From an uncultured bacterium (GTDB taxonomy: Bacteria; Patescibacteriota; Minisyncoccia; Moranbacterales; GWC2-37-73), in the NCBI GenBank assembly GCA_903851135.1, contig CAINNK010000012.1, forward strand, positions 4,282-68,281: DNA of 64,000 nt, written 5' to 3'. This document shows, one piece after another, positions 38,274 to 48,236 of the stretch. Both the position numbers and the translations under genes were made by a program. The notes under the pieces were generated by a model that saw nothing but the letters and a program-made list of their open reading frames with translations, made no database searches and had not been told where the DNA came from. Position 1 is the stretch's first letter; each line of letters opens with the position of its first letter.

Positions 38274-38990
38274 ATGAGCGGACATTCACATTGGGCGGGT
38301 ATTAAACAACGTAAAGGGGTTAATGATGCCAAACGGGCGAAAGTCTTTACGAGGCACGGCCGGCTTATTACAATTGCAGCTAAAGAAGGTGGTGGCAAGC
38401 CGGAAATGAACTTTAAACTGCAAATGGCTATTGATAGTGCCCGTTACATGAATATGCCAAAGGAAACTATTGAACGCGCAATTAAAAAAGGTACGGGCGA
38501 ACTCAAAGACGGGGCTGAGATTGAAGAAATTATCTATGAAGGCTATGGTCCTGGCAATGTGGCAATGCTCATTAAAACGGCCACGGACAATCGCAATCGC
38601 ACGGGCAGTGAAATCAGAAGCGTGCTGACCAAGGGCGGCGGCAAGCCTGCTAGTGAAGGCGGCGTGAAATTCATGTTCAAATTAGTTGGCAGCATTGCAG
38701 TTGCGGTTGGCGATAAAACAGTTGATGAATTGGAAATGTTGGCTATTGAAGCTGGAGCGGAAGATATGATTTTGGAAGAAGAAATTTTTGTGGTCTATAC
38801 CAAGGTTGAAGATTTGAAAACTGTGAAAGAACAGCTTGAGAAAGTTGGTCTCAAAATTGAAGGCGCCGAACTGGTCTATGTGGCCTTGCAAAAAACCGAA
38901 TTGGCAGAAAGCTCAAGAGTTGAATATGAAAAACTTTTGGAAAAACTTGATGAACATGAGGACGTGCAGGAAGTGTATGACAACCTATAA
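38274..38990 (+). CDS. yebC: YebC/PmpR family DNA-binding transcriptional regulator
   Basis: MSGHSHWAGIKQRKGVNDAKRAKVFTRHGRLITIAAKEGGG N-terminal signature. Confidence 0.9.
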   Translation: MSGHSHWAGIKQRKGVNDAKRAKVFTRHGRLITIAAKEGGGKPEMNFKLQMAIDSARYMNMPKETIERAIKKGTGELKDGAEIEEIIYEGYGPGNVAMLIKTATDNRNRTGSEIRSVLTKGGGKPASEGGVKFMFKLVGSIAVAVGDKTVDELEMLAIEAGAEDMILEEEIFVVYTKVEDLKTVKEQLEKVGLKIEGAELVYVALQKTELAESSRVEYEKLLEKLDEHEDVQEVYDNL

Positions 38991-39125
38991 AAAATTAAAA
39001 TGTAAATCTCAAAAATAAAAATGACAATTAAAAATTAAAAATGCATTCAGGTTAATAGTTTTGCATTTTTCTTTGTCATTTTCCATTTTGATTTTTTATT
39101 TTTACAATTTCTTTTTTAATATAGA
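38991..39125. repeat. AT-rich inverted-repeat element (family shared with 50692..50820 and 55744..55845)
   Basis: AATGTAAATCTCAAAAATAAAAATGACAAT ... and reverse-complement AAAATCAAAATGGAAAATGACAA (22-mer identical to 50705). Confidence 0.5.
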
Positions 39126-39130
39126 AAATA

Positions 39131-39661
39131 ATGCACAAACAAAAAGATATTTTAGCTCCCCAAGCACTGCGTGTTTTGGGCATTGACCCAGGAACTGCTA
39201 TCGTGGGCTGGGCTGTTTTGGAAGAATGCAAAGGTTGCGTCAAACCAATAGCCTATGGACATATCACAACTTCGCCAAAAAACAGCACAGCTGAGCGACT
39301 TTTGGAAGTGGTGAGGGATTTGGAAGAGATAATCCAAAAATTTGAGCCGCATGAGGCGGCGGTGGAAGATTTGTTCTTTTTCAAGAATCTCAAGACTGTG
39401 ATGAAAGTCAGCCAAGCTAGAGGCTCGATACTCTTGACACTCGAGCGATTTTGTGTTAGCATTTTTGAATATACACCGCTCCAAGTTAAGCAGGCAATTA
39501 CTGGTTACGGACGAGCTGAAAAAAAGCAAATTCAGATTATGACTCAGAAAATTTTAAATCTTAAAAGTATTCCCAAGCCAGACGACACGGCCGACGCGAT
39601 TGCGATTGCGCTTTGCCATTTGAATAGTCGAAAAATGACTTCGGTCAAAAAAGGTTGTTAA
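39131..39661 (+). CDS. ruvC: crossover junction endodeoxyribonuclease RuvC
   Basis: LRVLGIDPGTAIVGWAVLE catalytic Asp region, RNase H-like fold motifs. Confidence 0.9.
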   Translation: MHKQKDILAPQALRVLGIDPGTAIVGWAVLEECKGCVKPIAYGHITTSPKNSTAERLLEVVRDLEEIIQKFEPHEAAVEDLFFFKNLKTVMKVSQARGSILLTLERFCVSIFEYTPLQVKQAITGYGRAEKKQIQIMTQKILNLKSIPKPDDTADAIAIALCHLNSRKMTSVKKGC

Positions 39662-39682
39662 CTATTTTATAAAAGTATCTTT

Positions 39683-40339
39683 ATGGATAACATCAGTCCT
39701 ATCATTAGTTTTTTTGTCCGTCAGGGCGTGCCACTGGAAACTGTTATTTTGCTTTTAATTTTGCCAATCATTGTGACATTGATTGCTTTTTTTCGTCAGG
39801 TGGTCGGAATTAAGGCTTTCGGTATCTACACGCCGGCGATTGTGACTTTTGCTTTCTTGGCCGTGCCACAACTTCGCTATGGCGTGATTGTTTTTATCAG
39901 TGTGATTTTGGTTGGAATGTTAATGCGGGTCGCACTTAAGGGGCTGCGAATTCTTTATCTTCCGCGTGTGGCAATCACTCTAAGCGTGATTGCTTTTTCA
40001 ATTTTGATGCTGCTAGCTCTAGGGGGATACATGCAAAGAACTGGGCTTGCTAGTGTGACGATTTTTCCAATTTTGATTATGATTACAATTGTGGAGAAAT
40101 TCGTAGTAGTTCAAATTGAAAAAGGAAACAAAGCTGCTGTTATTTTAGCCATAGAGACTCTGGTTATTTCATTGGCCGGGTATTATTTGGCCAGTTGGCC
40201 CTTGTTGATCAGGGGTATCGTGGCTTTCCCATGGATGATTTTAATCACTATTCCGATTAACATTTTTCTTGGGAAATGGGATGGCCTGCGCTTGACCGAA
40301 TATGTCAGGTTTAAAGATGTTTTGAAGAATTTGAAGTAA
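39683..40339 (+). CDS. seven-TM membrane protein (7TM partner of ATP-grasp system)
   Basis: seven hydrophobic helices across 218 aa; 22 nt after ruvC stop. Confidence 0.55.
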   Translation: MDNISPIISFFVRQGVPLETVILLLILPIIVTLIAFFRQVVGIKAFGIYTPAIVTFAFLAVPQLRYGVIVFISVILVGMLMRVALKGLRILYLPRVAITLSVIAFSILMLLALGGYMQRTGLASVTIFPILIMITIVEKFVVVQIEKGNKAAVILAIETLVISLAGYYLASWPLLIRGIVAFPWMILITIPINIFLGKWDGLRLTEYVRFKDVLKNLK

Positions 40340-40485
40340 AAGCCCTACAAATTTTCAAATTAACTACAAATCTACAAATAAAATGCACAGTTAATAAATT
40401 TTTGTAAAAATGGTAGTTCCTTAATTTGTAGATTTGTGGAAACTATGAAAGATAATAAAATTAAAGTAATGATATATCGTCAATT

Positions 40486-41916
40486 ATGTTTGAGCAGTTC
40501 AAAAACGCACGAAAACTTTTGGGACTTAATGCTAGGAATCTGAACTATATTCGTCCGTACAACAAGAAAAAATCCAAACGGCTTGCTGATGACAAGCTTT
40601 TAAGCAAGCGCGCTTTGCGCAAAGGTGGAATTCCAGTGCCAAAACTTTTGGCTAAAATAAAATCAGCTGAAGAGTTGGAAAATTTCGATTGGGCAAGTTT
40701 GCCAGCCACTTTTGCGCTTAAGCCTAATCGAGGTTTTGGTGGGGGCGGAATTCTGGTTGTTTATGGTCGGAAAAAAGTTTCAAAAAAAATTCTTCAAGCT
40801 GATGAGCAAGCAATTTCTGAGCCAGTTTGGATCAAATCGGATGGCTCAAAAGTCACGGTTAGCGATTTGAAAAGTCATATTTTGAATATTTTGGACGGGG
40901 CATTTTCACTTTCAAACATGCCGGACATCGCTTTTTTTGAAGAGCGGTTAACGTTGCTGAAACTTTTCAAGCCCTATGCCTACAAAGGCATTCCAGATAT
41001 CCGCGTGATTGTTTTTAATCGTATTCCGGTGATGGCAATGCTAAGATTACCAACCAAGGAATCTGGTGGCAAAGCCAACTTGCAACAAGGTGGAATCGGA
41101 GTTGGGATTGACCTAAGTTCAGGGGTCACGACCACCGCCGTGCTTGGCAAGGGAAAAATTGTCGATTACGTTCCGGGAACCAGAATGCTTTTATCTGGAA
41201 TTAGGATTCCATATTGGAAAGAGATTTTGCTTTTGGCAGTCAAAGCACAAGAAATTTCTGGGATGGGATTTTTAGGCGCCGATGTGGCAATCGACAGGGA
41301 ACGTGGGCCGGTATTTTTGGAAATCAACGCGCGTCCTGGGCTTGGGATTCAAGTTGCCAACTTGGCTGGGCTGCGAGAAAGACTGGAGAGAATCAAAGGT
41401 TTGAAAATAAAAACAGCTGCCCGCGGAGTGCGCGTGGGAAGAGATTTGTTTGGTGGAGAAGTAGAAGAAGAAGTCGAGGAAATTTCTGGGCGAAAAGTGA
41501 TTGGAACGATTGAGAAAGTGAAATTGATTGGTAGAAATGAAAAAACGGTTGAAATTGAAGCCAAAGTCGACACTGGAGCTGGTTTTACTTCGATTGACAC
41601 TGATTTAGCTGAGCAACTTGGTTTTGAAGATACAGTGACGGAATTCCAAAAAATCGAGGCAACCTATCAAGACATTAAGCATCTGAGTAAAAAAGAGCGT
41701 TGGGATATCTATAAACATATCCCTCACCTTGAAAGCACAGTGGTGATTAATTCTGCTAGCGGCTCAACATATCGCCCAACTATTAAAATCACCGTAGTGA
41801 TGGATGGGGTGGTGATTCCAACGAAAGTCACTTTGATTAATCGGGCTCATTTGAAATATCCAATCATTGTTGGTAAAAGAAATTTGAAAAAGTTTTTGAT
41901 TGACGTAAATAAATAA
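40486..41916 (+). CDS. RimK-like ATP-grasp ligase fused to C-terminal retropepsin-like aspartyl peptidase
   Basis: N-terminal alpha-L-glutamate-ligase-like region (GFGGGGILVV, FLEINARPG); C-terminal EIEAKVDTGAGFTSID = D(T/S)GA aspartic protease signature. Confidence 0.75.
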   Translation: MFEQFKNARKLLGLNARNLNYIRPYNKKKSKRLADDKLLSKRALRKGGIPVPKLLAKIKSAEELENFDWASLPATFALKPNRGFGGGGILVVYGRKKVSKKILQADEQAISEPVWIKSDGSKVTVSDLKSHILNILDGAFSLSNMPDIAFFEERLTLLKLFKPYAYKGIPDIRVIVFNRIPVMAMLRLPTKESGGKANLQQGGIGVGIDLSSGVTTTAVLGKGKIVDYVPGTRMLLSGIRIPYWKEILLLAVKAQEISGMGFLGADVAIDRERGPVFLEINARPGLGIQVANLAGLRERLERIKGLKIKTAARGVRVGRDLFGGEVEEEVEEISGRKVIGTIEKVKLIGRNEKTVEIEAKVDTGAGFTSIDTDLAEQLGFEDTVTEFQKIEATYQDIKHLSKKERWDIYKHIPHLESTVVINSASGSTYRPTIKITVVMDGVVIPTKVTLINRAHLKYPIIVGKRNLKKFLIDVNK

Positions 41917-42876
41917 GTGTATATGAAAAATATTATCATAATGTATGCAGGGGATGATTGGAAAAAGACAGTCCCAATTTCCAATGAAGGAACCAGGATT
42001 GCGATTCAAGATTGGATGGTGCGAGCAGAGAAGGCGGGGGTTATGCTATATCGTGCTAGTATGAAATGGTACGACTGCGAAAAGAATCAATTCGAAAAAG
42101 CCTGGACATTTAAGAATGGAAGTTGGTTGAAAATTGAAAAGAGCATTCAGGCAGACCTGATTTATGATAAAGTATTGAGTAAATATGACTATTCTTTGTT
42201 AGATTTTAAATTAAAGATAGCGCAAAAAACAATTCTTTTTAATTCGCCACTTTTTCGAGCAATTTTTAATAGTAAACTTTCTCAATATGTTATGTTTGGC
42301 CAATTTATGCCATTTTCGCAAATTGCGAATGACGAAAGTGAACTGAAAATTGCAATAGCGCAAAGTCCGGCAGAAAAAATTGTAGTCAAGCCCCTGTATG
42401 GTTGCGGCGGGCAAGGCATTTTTATTGGAAAGAAAAGCGAGGCTCTTAATCAGGAATATAAATATCCAGTTTTAGCTCAGGAATTCATTGTGAGCGAAAA
42501 AGGTATTCCTGGAGTTTCTGAGAATGATGAAATCGCAGATCTGCGTCTTGTCTATCAGGGTGGCAAGATGGCTTATGCTCTTTCAAGGATTGCCGCCCAA
42601 GGGTCTTTCTTTACTAATCTGCATCAGGGTGCAACTGGAAAAATGATTCTCAATGAAATGATTCCGAATAGTTTAATGAAAATAGCAAAAGAGCTTAATC
42701 AAAAAATTTCTATTTTTCCTGGCGCGCAGTATTCTTTAGATTTTATTTTTGATAATTCTGGAAGACCTTATTTTATAGAAATGAACACAACTCCTGGCAT
42801 CGATCTTGTTACGTTGTTGGCGGATGAAAAAGTAAAGCAAGCTAACTTTGATTTTATAATTGATTTATTGAAATGA
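41917..42876 (+). CDS. ATP-grasp family ligase (second, stand-alone)
   Basis: VVKPLYGCGGQGIFIG, DLRLVYQGGK, SLDFIFDNSGRPYFIEMNTTPG (ATP-grasp catalytic E/N region); start abuts the preceding stop. Confidence 0.7.
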   Translation: MYMKNIIIMYAGDDWKKTVPISNEGTRIAIQDWMVRAEKAGVMLYRASMKWYDCEKNQFEKAWTFKNGSWLKIEKSIQADLIYDKVLSKYDYSLLDFKLKIAQKTILFNSPLFRAIFNSKLSQYVMFGQFMPFSQIANDESELKIAIAQSPAEKIVVKPLYGCGGQGIFIGKKSEALNQEYKYPVLAQEFIVSEKGIPGVSENDEIADLRLVYQGGKMAYALSRIAAQGSFFTNLHQGATGKMILNEMIPNSLMKIAKELNQKISIFPGAQYSLDFIFDNSGRPYFIEMNTTPGIDLVTLLADEKVKQANFDFIIDLLK

Positions 42877-43901
42877 AAAATAAAACTCCGCGTATTGCTA
42901 TGGTTGCACCACCTTTTGGTGATACGGGAGGTCCGGAAATTGTTGCTCAAAACTTGACAGATGCTTTTTTGGAGTTAGGCGTGGACGTAACCTTGTTTGC
43001 GCCAGCTGATTGGAATACTGATGCCAGGCACGTTGTGTCGCTCGAGAAAAGCATTTGGAATATGAAAAATATTCGGCAGCTTGGCTCGAAAGAATTTAGA
43101 AAAATTAAGATTTCCAGTCAGGAAAAAGTTCTGGATTCTCAGAAGGATTTTGATATTATCCATCTCCATTCGCAGCGATATGCTGCCGGTGTTTGCGAAA
43201 AAGCTGAAATTCCTTGTGTTATTTCATTTCACAATAGGATTTCTAAAGATGCTTTCGACAAAATGACAGATGTGAATCTTTATACAGTCGCGCTTAGCCA
43301 GTCTCAGCGTGGAGCTCTTGCGACCTCGGCCGTAATATACAACGGTGTTCCGACAAAAAAAATTCAGTATTCATTCGAAGCTGGAAAATATCTAATATTT
43401 GTTGGAAGGCTAACCGATCAAAAGGGAATTGACACTGCTATTGAAATTGCAAGAGAGGCAAAACAAAAACTTTTGATTTTTGGCAGAATTGGTAACACGC
43501 AAGACAGAAAAGACTTTTTCGCTGAAAAGATAGAGCCATTTCTAAGTGAGGATATTATATATAAAGGAGAGGTTGAGCATAGTCAAGTATATGAATATTT
43601 AAAAGGTGCCTCAGCGTTGCTTTTTCCAATTAGACGGCCCGAAGTTTGTCCGATGGTTGTAGCTGAAGCACTAGCGTGCGGAACGCCCATTATAGGCACA
43701 ACGATAGGACCGTTGCCGGAGCTTCTAAATAACCAGAAAGTTGCATTTCTTTCCGATAATTTTGCTGAGCTGGTTAATGCTGTAAAGAATACACATCTTT
43801 TTGATAGAAGAGCTTGCAGGAAATATGCCGAGGAAAATTTCGACAGCACTGTCATGGCTAAAAAATATCTGAAACTTTATGAGCAAATTCTCGGAAAATA
43901 A
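42873..43901 (+). CDS. GT4-family glycosyltransferase
   Basis: N-terminal PFGDTGGPEIVAQNL and C-terminal EVCPMVVAEALACGTPIIGT (GT4 EX7E-type region); 4-nt overlap with upstream gene. Confidence 0.8.
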   Translation: MKNKTPRIAMVAPPFGDTGGPEIVAQNLTDAFLELGVDVTLFAPADWNTDARHVVSLEKSIWNMKNIRQLGSKEFRKIKISSQEKVLDSQKDFDIIHLHSQRYAAGVCEKAEIPCVISFHNRISKDAFDKMTDVNLYTVALSQSQRGALATSAVIYNGVPTKKIQYSFEAGKYLIFVGRLTDQKGIDTAIEIAREAKQKLLIFGRIGNTQDRKDFFAEKIEPFLSEDIIYKGEVEHSQVYEYLKGASALLFPIRRPEVCPMVVAEALACGTPIIGTTIGPLPELLNNQKVAFLSDNFAELVNAVKNTHLFDRRACRKYAEENFDSTVMAKKYLKLYEQILGK

Positions 43902-44011
43902 ACAACATTTTTCAAGAAGTAGTTATTTTAAGACAACGCAAAGTAATGATTTTCGTTTGGAATATTTTTTCAAGGTGATATAATTACGAAATATCCATAA
44001 AGAAACAAATT

Positions 44012-44401
44012 ATGAGTTTTGAATTTTCAGGAAATCACATATCGGAAAACAAGAAAGAATCAAAGCCTTTTGATGAGCAATGGTATGAAAGATTTGAAAA
44101 AATCGGGGAGTTTAAAATTATTGGAATGTTTAATGGAGATAAGGATTGGCGCGAAAATCAAAAAAGTGATTTTTTAAATCAAAAGATTGAAAATCCGAAG
44201 CTGGACTATCCTGAATTAGAAAATTTCGATTTCAATAAAAAGGAGGAAGAGCTATTGACTCTTAAGGTAGACGTCTTGAAATTTGAGAATAATGAAATTG
44301 TTAAGCAAATCTATCGCTGGAAAATAAATGAAAAAATAGCAAGCGTGAGAATGTTGAGGTGCTCGAAAGAGGGAGATTCGCATAGGTTTAAAAGATATTA
44401 A
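44012..44401 (+). CDS. hypothetical protein; possibly N-terminal part of the downstream DUF1704-like gene (same frame, separated by one TAA)
   Basis: ORF in frame 2 ending TAA at 44399-44401; the downstream ORF continues in the same frame. Confidence 0.35.
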   Translation: MSFEFSGNHISENKKESKPFDEQWYERFEKIGEFKIIGMFNGDKDWRENQKSDFLNQKIENPKLDYPELENFDFNKKEEELLTLKVDVLKFENNEIVKQIYRWKINEKIASVRMLRCSKEGDSHRFKRY

Positions 44402-44437
44402 GAATATGTTTTTGGCAAGCCGGAAAAGGAAATTTTC

Positions 44438-45346
44438 TTGCAATCCCTTATTAAAGTTAAGCACGTGATTGATGGAAAAAGATCAGATTCTGATCAAAGA
44501 ATTATTGAGGCGATTGCAAGACTTGATCAAAATATAAACATACCAGAGGAAATTGAGACCTCTATTGATATAAACAGTTATGATTTTCCGAAATTAAAAT
44601 CAACTAAAAATGAGCCAGAATATTCCGCTGAAGAAATTAAAGTTGCTTTTCAGCGGGCATTATTGGAATGCAATGCTCAGGGGTGGTCGGTTGTTCTTGA
44701 CGAATCGGGAAACACTGCCATAAACGTCAATCAAGAAAATAAGACCGTCTATGTCCCAGCTGAGAGGAAGGTTAAGGAAACAAAACTCAAGGCGCTCATT
44801 GCCCATGAAATAGGTACGCATGCCCTAAGAAGAGAGAATGGCGAAAGGTCAAAACTAAAATTATTAGGTCTTGGGCTTGATCGCTATTTGAAAGGTGAAG
44901 AAGGTTTAGCCAGATATAAGGAACAAGAAATTATTGGCGCAACGGACTTCGCTGGTTTTGATTGTCATTTGGCAATTTCCCTGGCAATGGGGCTGGATGG
45001 CAAAAAAAGAGATTTCAGGGAAGTTTTTGACATTTTGCGTGATTATTATTTTGTGAAATCAAAAAATGCAAACAGGGATGAATCCTGGAAAAACGCGGAA
45101 GAATTAGCTTGGAAAAGATGCCTTAGAGCTTTTCGAGGTACAACCTGTGACATTCCAGGTGCTTGTTTCACCCAAGATATCGCTTATAGAGAGGGGAATA
45201 TTGGTATTTGGAATTTAGTCAAAAAAGATGACGATGAAATGCGAAGGGTAATGGTTGGAAAATATGACCCTACCAGTGAGCGTCACATCTGGATTCTTGA
45301 CCAACTTGGAATTTCAGATAGTGACCTGGAAACCCTTGCTAATTAA
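44438..45346 (+). CDS. DUF1704/QEGLA-motif HExxH metallopeptidase-like protein (possibly C-terminal part of a split gene)
   Basis: ALIAHEIGTHALRRE (HExxH) and GEEGLARYKEQE (QEGLA-like); track start is a TTG codon. Confidence 0.5.
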   Translation: MQSLIKVKHVIDGKRSDSDQRIIEAIARLDQNINIPEEIETSIDINSYDFPKLKSTKNEPEYSAEEIKVAFQRALLECNAQGWSVVLDESGNTAINVNQENKTVYVPAERKVKETKLKALIAHEIGTHALRRENGERSKLKLLGLGLDRYLKGEEGLARYKEQEIIGATDFAGFDCHLAISLAMGLDGKKRDFREVFDILRDYYFVKSKNANRDESWKNAEELAWKRCLRAFRGTTCDIPGACFTQDIAYREGNIGIWNLVKKDDDEMRRVMVGKYDPTSERHIWILDQLGISDSDLETLAN

Positions 45347-45554
45347 TTAGACTCTTGTATACTAGAGCAACTTTGAAAATAAGAGTATAATTAATTTTAG
45401 AACTTATGCATTTACTCTCAAATTCCTAGAGCGTAATTTGTTTACCAAGAAAGGTCCTAATGGTCTACTTAGCGCTTTGCTTGCCAAAAAAGTAAGTTGT
45501 AAGTAATTTTCGATTAAGCACATAAGTCCTAAGATTATATTTATCAGATATATT

Positions 45555-48068
45555 ATGAAACCAATATTTATCTCACAAAATTTTAAGAAACTCAAGAACA
45601 TGTCTGCCAAGGACAAATGGAAACTGGCTGGAAAAATTGCAGCTGGTCTTTTTGCGGCTGGAATCCTTTTTGTGGTGGGAACTTTTCTTTATTTTTCCAA
45701 GGATTTGCCAAGTGCTAACTCAGTGGATGCAAAATTAGTCATTCAATCGACAAAAATCTATGATCGTAGCGGACAGCATCTTTTGTATGATGTGCATGGA
45801 GAAGAAAAAAGGACCATCGTGCCATTTAATCAGATTCCTGATAATGTGAAATATGCGGCGATTGCGCTGGAAGATCAAACTTTCTACACTCATCACGGCA
45901 TAGATCTGAAGTCGATTTTGCGTTCGGCTTATAATGATATTCTTAAGCGAGGAGCAGCTCAGGGTGGCAGCACAATCACACAGCAGTTTATTAAAAATTC
46001 TTTTTTGACTAACGAAAAAACAATAACTCGCAAAATCAAAGAGTTGATTTTAACAATTGAACTTGAACAAAAATATTCCAAAGATGATATTTTGGGGATG
46101 TATTTGAATCAAATTCCTTATGGCTCGAGTGCTTATGGGGTTGAAGCCGCCGCCCAAACTTTTTTTGCCAAATCAGCCAAGGATTTGACACTTGCTCAGG
46201 CCGCTTTACTGGCTTCACTTCCAAATGCTCCGACTTATTATTCTCCATTCGGTTCTCATACTAAGGATTTGATAGTTAGGCAGAAATCAGCTTTGCAGAA
46301 AATGGCCAATCAGGGTTATATTACGCAAGCGCAAGCGGATGAAGCAAAAAATGAAGATGTACTTTCAGAAGTGACCCCAAAGCAGGATAATATTTCAGCT
46401 CCGCACTTTGTGATGTATGTGAAGGATTATTTAAATCAGAAATATGGCGAGCAGGCGGTTGAGCAGGGAGGCTTAAGAGTTTATACAACGCTTGATTGGG
46501 ACAAACAACAGGCAGCTGAAAAAGCAGTTAGTGATGGTGCTGCAAAAAATGTTGTTAATAAAGCAAGTAACGCGGCGCTAGTTGCGATGGATCCAAAAAC
46601 TGGGCAAATTTTGGCAATGGTGGGGTCAAAAAATTATTTTGACAAATCCATTGATGGACAAGTAAACGTAGCCTTGGCGAACCGACAACCAGGATCTTCT
46701 TTCAAACCGTATGTCTATCTAACAGCTTTCACAAAGGGTTATACGCCGGAAACCTTGCTTTATGATGTGCCGACAAATTTTAGTACTGATTCTGGCAAGG
46801 ATTATACTCCGCAAAATTATGATGGAACTTTTCATGGTCCGCTTCAGATGAAAAATGCGCTGGCCATGTCACTTAATATTCCTGCCGTGAAAACTCTTTA
46901 TTTGGCTGGTGTTAATGATTCGATTACATTGGCAAAAAATCTTGGAATTAAGGGGCTTAACCAGCCGGATCGTTATGGTTTGTCGCTTGTTTTGGGTGGA
47001 GGTGAGGTTACTTTACTTGATCACGTCGATGCTTATGGCGCTTTAGCGACAGGTGGAGTTCATCACAATGAAACTGCGATTTTGAAAATTCAAGATAAAG
47101 ACGGGACAGTATTAGAAGAATATAAACAAGATGAAGGTCAGCGCGCAGTGGATGAAAAATATGTAGCCATGCTTGATTATATTATGTCAACCAATGATTT
47201 CAGGGCGCCAGTTTTCGGGGATAATAATCCCTTTAAATTCACTGATCGTCCGGTGGCGGCAAAAACCGGAACCACAAATGAATTCAGAGATGGTTGGGCG
47301 ATGGGATTTACGCCGTCGATCGTGGTTGGCGTTTGGGCTGGCAACAATGACAATTCTCCAATGAAGGCAGGCGCTGATGGAATTGTGGTGGCGGCTCCAA
47401 TTTGGCGAGCTTTCATGAATCAAGCGCTGGCAAACACACCCGTAGAGCAGTTTCCGAAATATGAAAAAGAAGACGCCGGGAAAGCGGTTTTAAATGGCGA
47501 GGTTGATAAGCAAAGCAATTTAAAGGTTTGTAAAATTCCAGGAAGTAAAGGTGATTACTGCTTGGCAAATGATGCTTGTCCGCCTTCGGACGTTGAAAAA
47601 AAGGATTTTGCCGATATTCATGATATTCTTTATTATGTTAATAAGGATGATCCAAGAGGTGATGCGCCAAAAGATCCGACGAGCGATCCTCAGTTTAAAA
47701 ACTGGGAAAAGGGCGTTCAAGAGTGGCTCAAAAATGATGGAAAAGGCAACAAGAATAATGGTCCGGCGCCGACAGCTGACTGCAAAAAATCAGATTTCTC
47801 TTCTGCTAATCAACCAAAGATTTCCGTTTCAGCTTCTGGCAGTGTTTCCGGCGGTGTGACAATCAAGGCGGATGTAAATGCGCCATACGAAGTGGACAAA
47901 GTTTCTTTTTCAGTAAATGGTGATGATGCCGGATCGTCCGGGTCTGTTCCATACCAAGTTTCTTATTCTCCAGCTGTCGGCACAACTTCAATTGAAGTCA
48001 AGGCGACTGTCACTGACAAGCAGGGAAATCAGGCAAGTGATTCAAAAACGGTTTCGGTGAATCCATAA
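45555..48068 (+). CDS. class A penicillin-binding protein (transglycosylase plus transpeptidase, PBP1A-type)
   Basis: GT51 motifs EDQTFYTHHGID, RGAAQGGSTITQQF; transpeptidase GSSFKP, KTGTT; Ig-like C-terminal extension. Confidence 0.9.
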   Translation: MKPIFISQNFKKLKNMSAKDKWKLAGKIAAGLFAAGILFVVGTFLYFSKDLPSANSVDAKLVIQSTKIYDRSGQHLLYDVHGEEKRTIVPFNQIPDNVKYAAIALEDQTFYTHHGIDLKSILRSAYNDILKRGAAQGGSTITQQFIKNSFLTNEKTITRKIKELILTIELEQKYSKDDILGMYLNQIPYGSSAYGVEAAAQTFFAKSAKDLTLAQAALLASLPNAPTYYSPFGSHTKDLIVRQKSALQKMANQGYITQAQADEAKNEDVLSEVTPKQDNISAPHFVMYVKDYLNQKYGEQAVEQGGLRVYTTLDWDKQQAAEKAVSDGAAKNVVNKASNAALVAMDPKTGQILAMVGSKNYFDKSIDGQVNVALANRQPGSSFKPYVYLTAFTKGYTPETLLYDVPTNFSTDSGKDYTPQNYDGTFHGPLQMKNALAMSLNIPAVKTLYLAGVNDSITLAKNLGIKGLNQPDRYGLSLVLGGGEVTLLDHVDAYGALATGGVHHNETAILKIQDKDGTVLEEYKQDEGQRAVDEKYVAMLDYIMSTNDFRAPVFGDNNPFKFTDRPVAAKTGTTNEFRDGWAMGFTPSIVVGVWAGNNDNSPMKAGADGIVVAAPIWRAFMNQALANTPVEQFPKYEKEDAGKAVLNGEVDKQSNLKVCKIPGSKGDYCLANDACPPSDVEKKDFADIHDILYYVNKDDPRGDAPKDPTSDPQFKNWEKGVQEWLKNDGKGNKNNGPAPTADCKKSDFSSANQPKISVSASGSVSGGVTIKADVNAPYEVDKVSFSVNGDDAGSSGSVPYQVSYSPAVGTTSIEVKATVTDKQGNQASDSKTVSVNP

Positions 48069-48236
48069 TTGCAAATAGAATTTCGCAAGTATACATTTTT
48101 CTTTTTATCCTAGTGAAAGTTTTTTACGACTTTTTGAGATGTTGACATCAAAGCGAATCACTTTCAAACGAAAAAAGAAAAAGCCTGCTTGTTCAAAGCT
48201 AAGATATCTAAAAAAGAAAATTATTAAATTTAAAAT

